DNA from: a virus
Lineage: Duplodnaviria; Caudoviricetes
Reading direction: 5' to 3' (one strand)
Length of the DNA stretch: 25,010 bases
IMG/VR virus record: IMGVR_UViG_3300048576_000387
Coordinates: 1 to 25,010 of that record
How positions within the stretch are numbered: the first letter of the stretch is position 1; the number at the start of each line of letters is the position of its first letter. The translations under genes were made by a program, and so were the position numbers. Shown here in pieces: positions 8,810-16,843 of the stretch. The notes under the pieces were generated by a model. It searched no databases. It saw only the letters and a list, made by a program, of their open reading frames with translations, and had not been told where the DNA came from.

Positions 8810-11140
8810 TCAGGCGGCGCCCTTGCTGCGGTAGAGGCCGCGGTAGTCGAGGGCCTTGGTGCCGATGTCGAGCTTCGCGTCCCAGCCGATTCCCCAGCGG
8901 CCCTGGGTGAGTTGGAAGGAACGGATGATCGGGGCACGTCCGGTGCCGCGGAGGTAGGCCACGAGGATCGTGCGGGCGGCGTTCTCGCCGGGACGGGCCG
9001 CGAGATACCAGTTGACCGCCGAACCCGTGTACTGCTTCGCGGTGAGCGGATCGACCACGCCGGCCGCGCCGATGCGATCGTCGGCCACGAGCGTCATGCC
9101 CTGGTCCTTCAGCGGGTTGTAGGTCCCGCCGCTCGCCGAGGCGATGATCCGTTCCGCGGATTGGAGCAGGATCTGCGCCGTGAACTTGATGTCCTGCGGA
9201 ACGAGCAGGAAGCGGGGACGCATGTTGATCGGCCGATCCTTGACCCGCTGCTTTCCGAAGGAAGTGATGGCCGTCTGCAGCGCGGCGGCGGAGAGGGCCG
9301 CGTCGGCATGCTCCCAGAGGTTCGCGTGATCGGCGTGGAAGAGCGCGGTCTCGTCCGCGCCCAATTCCGGGTTGGAGAGGAGGTGGGCATAGACCATATC
9401 GGGCCGCGTGGCGCGGGCCGAGGCGCCCATCTCGTCCGGCGCGACCTGATCGAGTTGGCCGAAGCGATCGTCGATGATGTCCTGTTCGTCGAGGACGAAC
9501 TGCCCCGAGAACCGATAGACCCGGAAGGTTTCCGCCGAGTCATCGGTGTCCATGTGCTTGGCCTCGCCGCCCCGCGTGTGACGCTGCATCCGGCCGAAGC
9601 GGCCCATCGTCGCGGCCTCGGTGGGCTGGAACGTGCCGACCTCGGTCTCGCTGGTCCATCCGACCGTGGTATCCTCGGCGTCCTGGTAGCCCTGCATGAA
9701 CTGGGCCTGGAAGGACGTGGTGAAGATCGCCGTGAGGGCCGATCCGCTCAAGGCCATGCGGATCATCTCGTCGCGACTGGAGTAGTTGCGGCCTTCCAGG
9801 CGGCATGCCTCGCGGCAGAAGTCCACCAGCGAGAACTCCCGATACTGGTAGCCGCGATCGGCGGCCTGCTCCCACTCCGCGCTCCGCTGCCCTTCGCGAC
9901 GCGGGACGAACCGCCCGCCGCGGAACTCGGCGTGATGGGTGACCGGGTCGAGCCCATGCCGCAACATGAACGCGGCGGCCAGGGAATTGCGCGTGCAGTC
10001 CAACTCGTGGGAACGGCTGTGGATGGCGGGGCCCTGATTGCCGTTGCCGGTTCCCATGCGGCTGCGGTAGTGACCGAGGAACGCCTCGCTGGCCCGATCG
10101 GGCGCCCAGCCCTCGGCGATGGCCCGCTGCACCAGGTCGGCGGGCATCTCGCCGCGAGCCAGTTCGTGGATGCGGGCGACGCGGGATCGCTCCGCCTGGA
10201 CGGCGTCGGGGGCCGCCGGGGGATTGCCCGATTGGCCCGCCGGCGGGTTGGCCGGCGGATTCGCCGGGTTGGCCCGGGCGCCCTCGCCGTTTCCGCTGGC
10301 GGGCTGCGGATCGGGCGGGACCTCTTCGCCGTCGGCCAAGAGGCCGCGGGCGTGCTCGGCCTGGTCGTTGGCCAGCCCGCGGTAGAAGGCCCAAGCTTCG
10401 GCGTCGCTGGCTTCCTTCCGAAGGCCGATCGATTCCAGGTACGCGCGCAGTTGTTCGTTCACGTCAAGACTCCGTCGAAGAGATGGGGTGGGTTGGTGGG
10501 AAGCAGGAGGGGCGGCCTCGCGGATCTTGGCCTTGGGGTCCGCGCCGATGGGGACGAGGGAGGTTTCATGGGGCCGCCAGCGGGTTGAGACGCGGAGCGT
10601 GCGGGCCCCGGCAGTGTAGTTGCGGCCGCCGATGTTCTTGGTCTGGCCGGCGGGAATGTCGGTGCTTTCGAGGACCCGATACCCGACCGAGACGTCGGTG
10701 ATGTGCCCGTCGCGGACCTTTTCCCAGGCTCGTTGGCTCAGATCGTCCTTGGCGAAGAACAGCCGGCCGATGAGGTTCTCACCTTCCTTCCGCACGTTGC
10801 GGATCGAGCCCATCACCGCATCGAGCGTCCAGCGGTAATGATTCTCCAGCATCGGCATGCGATCGGGAATTTCCGCCCCGTCCATCCGCAGGACTTCCTC
10901 AATCACCTGGTCGCGGCCCCAATCGTAGACCAGGGCCGGCGTCTCGGTGGCAAGAACGGCCTCGACGGAGCGATCTTCCTCGTTGATCGTCGCGGCGCGG
11001 ACGGCGACTGTGCGGCAGACCAGGTCCCGCGTCTGCGGCTCCTCGCGGACGAAAAGAGGGGATTCACCACGGAGACACGGAGGGCACGGAGAATCGCACG
11101 AAGCGGGGAGAGGCAATTGGGTTCTCGGTTTCGTCTTCAT
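8810..11140 (-). CDS. prohead protease - scaffold - major capsid fusion (HK97-type protease, Mu gpT-like capsid domain)
   Basis: Protease motifs MLENH, DVSVGY, ETSLVPIGAD; Pro/Ala linker and ERSRVARIHEL scaffold; capsid motifs DIIDDRFG, LFHADHAN, PRFLLVP, LDYRGLYRSKG; GGAGG RBS. Confidence 0.92.
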   Translation of the reverse strand: MKTKPRTQLPLPASCDSPCPPCLRGESPLFVREEPQTRDLVCRTVAVRAATINEEDRSVEAVLATETPALVYDWGRDQVIEEVLRMDGAEIPDRMPMLENHYRWTLDAVMGSIRNVRKEGENLIGRLFFAKDDLSQRAWEKVRDGHITDVSVGYRVLESTDIPAGQTKNIGGRNYTAGARTLRVSTRWRPHETSLVPIGADPKAKIREAAPPASHQPTPSLRRSLDVNEQLRAYLESIGLRKEASDAEAWAFYRGLANDQAEHARGLLADGEEVPPDPQPASGNGEGARANPANPPANPPAGQSGNPPAAPDAVQAERSRVARIHELARGEMPADLVQRAIAEGWAPDRASEAFLGHYRSRMGTGNGNQGPAIHSRSHELDCTRNSLAAAFMLRHGLDPVTHHAEFRGGRFVPRREGQRSAEWEQAADRGYQYREFSLVDFCREACRLEGRNYSSRDEMIRMALSGSALTAIFTTSFQAQFMQGYQDAEDTTVGWTSETEVGTFQPTEAATMGRFGRMQRHTRGGEAKHMDTDDSAETFRVYRFSGQFVLDEQDIIDDRFGQLDQVAPDEMGASARATRPDMVYAHLLSNPELGADETALFHADHANLWEHADAALSAAALQTAITSFGKQRVKDRPINMRPRFLLVPQDIKFTAQILLQSAERIIASASGGTYNPLKDQGMTLVADDRIGAAGVVDPLTAKQYTGSAVNWYLAARPGENAARTILVAYLRGTGRAPIIRSFQLTQGRWGIGWDAKLDIGTKALDYRGLYRSKGAA

Positions 11141-11180
11141 GTCTTCCTCCGGTGTTCTCCGTGCCTCCGTGGTGAGTCCC
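11059..11180. repeat. CACCACGGAG nonamer-type inverted repeat enclosing the capsid gene start
   Basis: GGGATTCACCACGGAGACACGGAGGGCACGGAG ... CTCCGTGCCTCCGTGGTGAGTCCC. Confidence 0.9.
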
Positions 11181-11189
11181 TCGCCCCGC

Positions 11190-12716
11190 CTATTCGCTGG
11201 CTGCGGTTTCGAGTTCCTCGTCTTCGAGGTCCTCCTCGTCGTCTTCGGCGTTGTCGGCCGAGCCGGCGTCGGTCGAGGCGTTGCCGCTCGGTCGACCCTC
11301 GCCGGAGGCGGCGGGGGAGGCCTTGCCCAATGCGGCCAAGGGGGAAATCTGGATCGGCTCGAAGCCGGCGCGGCGGAGGGCCTCGTTGTCCCGCTTGAGC
11401 CGCTGGAGGTGCGAGTCGATGTCCTTGCCGCTCTCGGCCAGGATCTCGCTGAAGCTCGACTCGCCCGTCACCAGGCGGATGGCGATGGCGCGGCCTTCCT
11501 TCTCGGGGTCCACGTGATCGAGCTTCGGCCAGGTCCAGAGGCAGACCACCTTCCGCGGCCGCGGCGGCAAGAGGCCCGCCAGTTCGGCTTCGCGGGCGAT
11601 GACGTCCACGCACTGCGAAAGCCCCTCGCTCAAGAGCCGGTCGACGAACTGCAGCGCCCGGCCGTAGACCTTGCCGTCGAAGCGGGCGGAACTGTAGTTG
11701 TGCTCATCGGCGGCCAGACGCACCGCCATGAGCGGCATGCCGACCGGCCGGCCGATCTCGCGGAGCCGCTCCTTGCGGTAGTCCACGTACATCGTCGTGG
11801 GCTGCGTGGGCTGGAGGCCCATCGGCTTCCAACCGGGCGGGCCGGTCTGCTGCATGCGGCGTTCGATTTCGGCCGACTCGTTGAGGATCAGCGGCTCGAC
11901 CTGGGGATTGTCGGTGTACCAGAAGACGGCGAAATCGGCCGCCTGGCGGGCGGCGTCCAAAACCTGGACGTCGTAATCGCGGAGGTCGGCGATCGCCTGG
12001 AGCGACGGCGCGAGCCACGGCACGCCGCGGGCCTGGCCGGGCTCCTGGACGATGAACTTGTGGACCACGATGTCAGGCGGGACGGGCTCGAATCCCGAGA
12101 TTCCTCCCCAGGAGTCCCGTGGGTCGGCGGCATTGAGGTAGTATTGCGTCGGCCGGCCGAACTCGTTGCGGCGGATTCCCAGCGTGACGGAGGGATCGCC
12201 CGAGAACTGGGGCGGGGTGTCGAGCCGGCTGGCGTGCAGGCATAAGAGCCGCGTGGTGATCGGCCCGTCTTGGGCCGGGTCGGTGACGAAGCGGCCCAGG
12301 AACTCGCCGTCGATCCAAAGGGCGCGGACCCAGAGGGAGAGGACGCCGGCGATGGAGATCTGGCCGGAGGCCTCGGGGGCGCGGAACCAATCGCGGACGA
12401 ATTCCTCGAGGCGGGCGTTGTACTGCGGGTCGGCCGACTGGACATTGAGCGAGGGGCCCGACTCGCCGACGATGTCGATGGCGTGCGTGGTGATGACGCC
12501 TTCGAGGGTCGGGTTGCGGGAGACCTCGTGGGCGGCCCGGGCGCGGATCGTCGCGAGGTCCGACAGCAGATCGGTATTCAAAGAAGCCCCGGTGACGTCC
12601 TTCCACTGGGCCTGATTGAGCCGATCGGTCTTGGCGGCCTCCCAGCGGCGGAACGCCTCCTTGGTGGCGGCGGCCGTGCGTCGGCGGCGGAAGGCGCGTT
12701 TGAGCCAGTCGAGCAT
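11190..12716 (-). CDS. phage portal protein, lambda family
   Basis: IRARA..RNP, DGEFL, GRPTQYY, PGQARGVPWLAP, NYSSAR, WPKLDHVDPEKE motifs. Confidence 0.95.
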   Translation of the reverse strand: MLDWLKRAFRRRRTAAATKEAFRRWEAAKTDRLNQAQWKDVTGASLNTDLLSDLATIRARAAHEVSRNPTLEGVITTHAIDIVGESGPSLNVQSADPQYNARLEEFVRDWFRAPEASGQISIAGVLSLWVRALWIDGEFLGRFVTDPAQDGPITTRLLCLHASRLDTPPQFSGDPSVTLGIRRNEFGRPTQYYLNAADPRDSWGGISGFEPVPPDIVVHKFIVQEPGQARGVPWLAPSLQAIADLRDYDVQVLDAARQAADFAVFWYTDNPQVEPLILNESAEIERRMQQTGPPGWKPMGLQPTQPTTMYVDYRKERLREIGRPVGMPLMAVRLAADEHNYSSARFDGKVYGRALQFVDRLLSEGLSQCVDVIAREAELAGLLPPRPRKVVCLWTWPKLDHVDPEKEGRAIAIRLVTGESSFSEILAESGKDIDSHLQRLKRDNEALRRAGFEPIQISPLAALGKASPAASGEGRPSGNASTDAGSADNAEDDEEDLEDEELETAASE

Positions 12717-12724
12717 GAGGAGGA

Positions 12725-12829
12725 AGGGATCAGGGGTAAGGGGATAGGGGTGAGGGGATAGGGGTGAGGGGACAGAGAGGAGAGGGCGGGGTTCGCGACT
12801 TACCCCTTACCCCTATTCCCTCACCCCTT
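12725..12829. repeat. heptamer inverted repeat element, copy 4
   Basis: Seven AGGGGNN-type heptamers (12725-12773), loop with GGGGTTC, C arm TTACCCCTTACCCCTATTCCCTCACCCCT overlapping the gpW-like stop. Confidence 0.92.
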
Positions 12830-13082
12830 GGTACTTGACCCGCATCCGCTGGATGCCCCCCGCCGCCGCGCGGGCCCGTTTCTGGGCGCGGACAGACTGG
12901 ATCCACGCGGCGATCTGCTCGCGGCCCCAGGTGAGTTGGAGTTCGCCGTGGCGGTGGTCAGGGATCGACGCGAGGAGGGCTTCGGCGGCTAGCGCGTCAT
13001 CGATGGCTCCGTCGTGGTCGCCGGCTTTGAGCTTCGTGCCGGCCTCGCGCATCAGGGATTCGATTTCGGCTTGGGTTGCCAT
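12813..13082 (-). CDS. gpW-like head completion protein
   Basis: Start reassigned to ATG 13082 (MATQAEIESL, 89 aa); helix-hairpin-helix pattern with basic tail, immediately upstream of the portal. Confidence 0.7.
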   Translation of the reverse strand: MATQAEIESLMREAGTKLKAGDHDGAIDDALAAEALLASIPDHRHGELQLTWGREQIAAWIQSVRAQKRARAAAGGIQRMRVKYQGVRE

Positions 13083-13091
13083 ATCCCAGCC

Positions 13092-13145
13092 ACGATACGG
13101 CCGGGAGCGGAGGGGAGCGACGGAGGAGGTTACAGATTCTGTAAC
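13092..13145 (-). promoter_or_regulatory. putative activator-dependent late promoter
   Basis: Perfect dyad GTTACAGA-T-TCTGTAAC at 13129-13145; -10-like TATCGT at 13097-13092; no recognisable -35. Confidence 0.55.
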
Positions 13146-13238
13146 GCCGGCCCCGGACGCCATGGGCACAAGCCGACATCGCGAAACGTGCATATTCCTC
13201 ACGAGTTTGCAGTTCCCCGACAAACCGACGATCTCCTC

Positions 13239-13266
13239 TTGACGACCTCACGCCCGGATGTAAGAT
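13239..13266 (+). promoter_or_regulatory. sigma70-like promoter for the PadR island
   Basis: TTGACG-16 nt-TAAGAT upstream of ATG 13330. Confidence 0.5.
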
Positions 13267-13329
13267 GGGGTTATATGCGAGGTGGCCACGGCCATTGTGT
13301 TCCTTAAGGTGTTTTGTTTAGGCTGCCCA

Positions 13330-13653
13330 ATGTTGCCAGATATCACACATCTGCAGTTTCTCGTGCTCTCGATCCTGATGAACTCTGAGCGATCGGGGCG
13401 GTACGTCAGGGGAGAGCTTGCCAAACACGGTCAGAAGAAGACCCTTGCTTCCTTCTACCAACTCATGGCTCGGCTGGAAGAGACCGACATGGTCGAGGGG
13501 TGGTATGAAACCAAGGTAATCGACGGACAGACGGTGAAGGAGCGGTTCTACCGGATCTTGGGCCACGGCATACGCTGTTGGGAACTGGCCCGAGACTTCT
13601 ACGTTTTGGCGAGCCAGAAGGCCGTTGGAAATCTTGGGCTGGGGTTGGGATAG
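13330..13653 (+). CDS. PadR-family winged-helix transcriptional regulator
   Basis: LQFLVLSIL...SGRYVRGEL...FYQLMARLEETDMV...RFYRILGHG pattern; ATG 13330. Confidence 0.85.
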   Translation: MLPDITHLQFLVLSILMNSERSGRYVRGELAKHGQKKTLASFYQLMARLEETDMVEGWYETKVIDGQTVKERFYRILGHGIRCWELARDFYVLASQKAVGNLGLGLG

Positions 13654-14183
13654 TGCAGGGACCAGGCGATAACTGCGAATTGCATCGCGACAGACTCAAC
13701 TCGGTATTGTTCGTCGAGCAGACCTGCATTGCGCTACGCGTGTTTGTCTATGCCAGTGCAGCCGTGCTTGCTTGGGCCCTCAAGTCATGGGGCATCTTGT
13801 TGGGAGCAGTGATTGGGAGCGAGATTGGACGACTTGCTGTCAATGTATTGATCGAACTGGTCGTACGCCATCTACAGGGGGCCGCTCCGTGGCATTGCAC
13901 CCCGCATGGGTGGACCCGCTTTGGGTGGCTTCTCGGGCACTGCGTGCCGAGGGGTATCCGTCAGCACGTCTACGAACCGAGCCACAATGAGATCCTGGAT
14001 GACTACTTATCAGCTCGGCCGAGATGTCGATCCAAGTCGGCCCGCATCTGGCTCAGTCTCTGTTTGACTGTTAGGACCGTCTTGCTGCTCGTCGATTGTT
14101 GGCGCGTCTGGGCAGCGGCAAAGACCGCGGGAGTGCTTGTTAACTGGATTCTCAAACCCGTCAAACGCTGGTGGGTTAGTTAG
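13653..14183 (+). CDS. PadR-associated membrane protein, paralog 1
   Basis: GTG overlapping the PadR stop (TAGTG; start uncertain); hydrophobic segments; C-terminal ~90 aa clearly homologous to the next gene. Confidence 0.7.
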   Translation: MQGPGDNCELHRDRLNSVLFVEQTCIALRVFVYASAAVLAWALKSWGILLGAVIGSEIGRLAVNVLIELVVRHLQGAAPWHCTPHGWTRFGWLLGHCVPRGIRQHVYEPSHNEILDDYLSARPRCRSKSARIWLSLCLTVRTVLLLVDCWRVWAAAKTAGVLVNWILKPVKRWWVS

Positions 14184-14194
14184 TTTCAGTAGTT

Positions 14195-14211
14195 CCGTCA
14201 CAATTTGACGG
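14195..14211. promoter_or_regulatory. dyad CCGTCA-N5-TGACGG between the paralogs
   Basis: Seen directly; role unknown. Confidence 0.3.
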
Positions 14212-14224
14212 CGACGATCTGTGC

Positions 14225-14992
14225 ATGGAGTTGGGGGTGATGAGCGAAGGTCGAGATCAAGGACTATCGATGTCTTTCGCCGAGATACTGAAGAGTGAAC
14301 TACCCGACGTATCTCTGCCGCATGTGAATGGTCGACAGCGCGAAGTTCTGGAGGCCGAAGTGCGAAAGGCCCACGAAGAGATCGACGCCCGCGATTGGTC
14401 GACCTCGGATGAAGATCATGCTTGCTTCCTGGCGATAAGGTGTCGCCTCATCGAGAAGTTCAACGCCGTTGCACAGGAGAGGATACGGACGCTGCGTCAA
14501 CAAATGGCTCGCTGGACGTGCGCGTTCTTTGTCGTAGGCACTGCACTGATCGCGTTTTCGTTGATGATTCCCGTCCCTGGGATAACGATCTGGGCAACAT
14601 TGGTTGTGGGCGCAGGAACGGTAAAGGTGCTTTGGATGCTACGGATTGCCAGGTCTTTTGCCGTCACAAGTGCTCGCCCCAAAAGCTGGCTGTCGCGTTG
14701 GCACGATGTCCTGCCGGGGTGGCCTCGCTTCTGGGAACTCTTCGGGTATTGCCTTCCAAGAAAGACTCGCACAACGGTGTACGATCCGGGTGTCAACGAG
14801 TTGCTGGAAGACTACGTCGGGACTCGACGGAAGTATCGTTCCAGGATTGTGCGATTCTGGCTCAACACATGCTTCACCCTCAGGACCGCTCTGCTCCTCG
14901 TCGATTGCTGGCGCGTCCTAGCGGCCAGCAAGGCGGTGAAGATGCTCCTGAACTGGACTCCCGAACCCGTGAAGCGGTGGTGGATCAACTAG
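14225..14992 (+). CDS. PadR-associated membrane protein, paralog 2
   Basis: Soluble N-terminus, two likely TM helices, shared C-terminal domain (VYDP..NELLEDY...LLLVDCWRV...PVKRWW). Confidence 0.75.
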   Translation: MELGVMSEGRDQGLSMSFAEILKSELPDVSLPHVNGRQREVLEAEVRKAHEEIDARDWSTSDEDHACFLAIRCRLIEKFNAVAQERIRTLRQQMARWTCAFFVVGTALIAFSLMIPVPGITIWATLVVGAGTVKVLWMLRIARSFAVTSARPKSWLSRWHDVLPGWPRFWELFGYCLPRKTRTTVYDPGVNELLEDYVGTRRKYRSRIVRFWLNTCFTLRTALLLVDCWRVLAASKAVKMLLNWTPEPVKRWWIN

Positions 14993-15041
14993 CTGGCATC
15001 TCGGTGAAGCCTGGGTCAGACGACATTCGGAGGCGTGGAAC

Positions 15042-15770
15042 GTGGAACCCCGGACGTATCTCTACGTGGATGGCGAAAGCCACTTTATCCGATCGCAGGA
15101 GAGCTGGAAAACGCTGTATACCAAGAGGGCGACGTCGCTCGAGGAACTTGCCGCGACCAACCCGTCAGATATCGACGCTCCGTACCGACACCTGCGATTT
15201 CGTCAGGAGTATCCCAGCCGTTTTGCCATTCAGATGGACGCCAAGTTCTACTGGGACAAGAGCGCGCTCTGTTACGTAGGCCCTCCGGCGTCTATTCCTT
15301 CACGCGCGGTGTACGTCACATCCTGCCGTAACGATGGGACTACTCCACATCAGACTCGCACGTTCATCCGGCAAGCCGGATTCGAGCCTGTAGTCCTTGA
15401 AGAACGGAGCAGCCTCCAGAGGCAGCGGGAGTCACAACGCGAGAAGCTGGGCCTGATCGAGAAACCGAAAGGGGTGGATATTGCGCTGGCAGTCCGCGTT
15501 CTAGAAGATGCGCACGCAAACGCCTTTGACACGTGCTGCATTTGTACGAGTGATGTCGATTACATCCCGCTGGTGCAAGCCGTTAGACGCATCGGAAAGA
15601 ACGTCGTCATACTGGGTTACCGTGCTGGTCTTGGCAAGCAGTGCGCCTTCGACTACGTCCCTGACCGCTTTTTCGACTTGACAGAAGTCATCATGGACAT
15701 GGTTTGGAAGCACGATGACGCCAGCAACCTCGGGATCACGTCGCTCCGGGAGGATGGCGTTCAATCGTAG
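15042..15770 (+). CDS. NYN-domain (LabA/DUF88, PIN-like) nuclease
   Basis: YLYVDG, KGVDIALA, TSDVDYIPLVQAVRRIGKNV motifs; GGAGG RBS before GTG. Confidence 0.9.
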   Translation: MEPRTYLYVDGESHFIRSQESWKTLYTKRATSLEELAATNPSDIDAPYRHLRFRQEYPSRFAIQMDAKFYWDKSALCYVGPPASIPSRAVYVTSCRNDGTTPHQTRTFIRQAGFEPVVLEERSSLQRQRESQREKLGLIEKPKGVDIALAVRVLEDAHANAFDTCCICTSDVDYIPLVQAVRRIGKNVVILGYRAGLGKQCAFDYVPDRFFDLTEVIMDMVWKHDDASNLGITSLREDGVQS

Positions 15771-15884
15771 GAGTGCAAGACGCCTTACGTCTTGGCGGCC
15801 ACCGCAAATGAGTCTGTTGCGTTCGCCATGCCCTGCAATTAGAATCGCTTCGTGGATCGCCTCACAGACGCGGGGAGTCGACCG

Positions 15885-16799
15885 ATGGTCAAGAAACCTG
15901 AACAACGGACGGAGAAGATCGCTGAGCAGGAAGCGGATCGCCCTGAATGCTTCGTAATCATGCCGATTTCCGACCCAGAAGGGTATGCGAAAGGCCATTT
16001 CCAGCGAGTATACAGGGACATTTTCCGCCGAGCATGCAAAGCGGCCGGATATCGAGCGATTCGGGCAGACGACGTTGCCCAAACGAATCTCATTCAAGAG
16101 GATATTCTCCGTCGTCTGCTCAAAGCCCCGATGGCGTTGTGCGATCTGAGCGCCCTTAGGCCGAATGTACTGTTCGAGTTGGGATTGAGGCAAGCGTTCG
16201 AGATGCCGGTAGTCTTGGTGGCTGAAGAGGGCACGCCAAACCTCTTTGATATCGGCCCCCTGCGCTACACGCCGTACCGCCCGACAAGGCTCTTTCACGA
16301 AGTAGTCAGGGACTACAAGAGAATCGCGACGGCGTTGCGGGCTACAGAAGAGGCATGTAAGAATGGCGAAGGGTTCAATTCCCTGGTGAAACTACTCGCG
16401 CTCCCGGGCCCTGCCTCATTGCCCGAGATACAGGACACAAGCAGAGATCCTGGTGTGCAGGTTATTCGGGCGGAGCTAAGCGAACTGCGAGCAGAAATCC
16501 GGCGACTGGCAGCTCATCCACTTTCTGCGAGCGGCGCGCACGGCGGTTTTGAGGTTGGGGAGCACGTGCGATTTCGCGTGCGAAGGGCTATCCTGATTCG
16601 AGTGAGGGACGCGGCATGCCCGGTTGAGGAACTTGTTCAGAACATCGCATCGAGATTCGCGGTCCCGACGGAAGTCGTCGCAATTGAGCTGCACGACTTG
16701 ATTGGGCGTGGGAAGATCCGAATGACGAGTTCAGGGATGTGCACGTCAGTCGAAATGCGCGAACTTCGCGATGGTTCTGCGCAAACGGGGCAAACCTAA
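15885..16799 (+). CDS. nucleoside 2-deoxyribosyltransferase/TIR-like protein with coiled coil and probable C-terminal wHTH
   Basis: CFVIMP, IRADD, CDLS...PNVLFELG, FDI motifs; start reassigned to ATG 15885 behind GGGGAG. Confidence 0.8.
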   Translation: MVKKPEQRTEKIAEQEADRPECFVIMPISDPEGYAKGHFQRVYRDIFRRACKAAGYRAIRADDVAQTNLIQEDILRRLLKAPMALCDLSALRPNVLFELGLRQAFEMPVVLVAEEGTPNLFDIGPLRYTPYRPTRLFHEVVRDYKRIATALRATEEACKNGEGFNSLVKLLALPGPASLPEIQDTSRDPGVQVIRAELSELRAEIRRLAAHPLSASGAHGGFEVGEHVRFRVRRAILIRVRDAACPVEELVQNIASRFAVPTEVVAIELHDLIGRGKIRMTSSGMCTSVEMRELRDGSAQTGQT

Positions 16800-16843
16800 G
16801 GGGGGATGATTTGTCCATTTTCCTCGGGAGCCCGCGGCATCAT

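Noticed and set aside
7307-10588. 1093-aa plus-strand ORF
   Set aside because: Antisense shadow of the capsid, DUF2190 and neck genes, typical of high-GC DNA; no motifs.
2340-12829. CRISPR array or genuine telomere
   Set aside because: Repeats are short, dispersed and internal, with no spacers or cas genes.
13239-16799. Retron, DGR or CBASS
   Set aside because: No reverse transcriptase, template/variable repeat pair or cyclase motif seen in the window.
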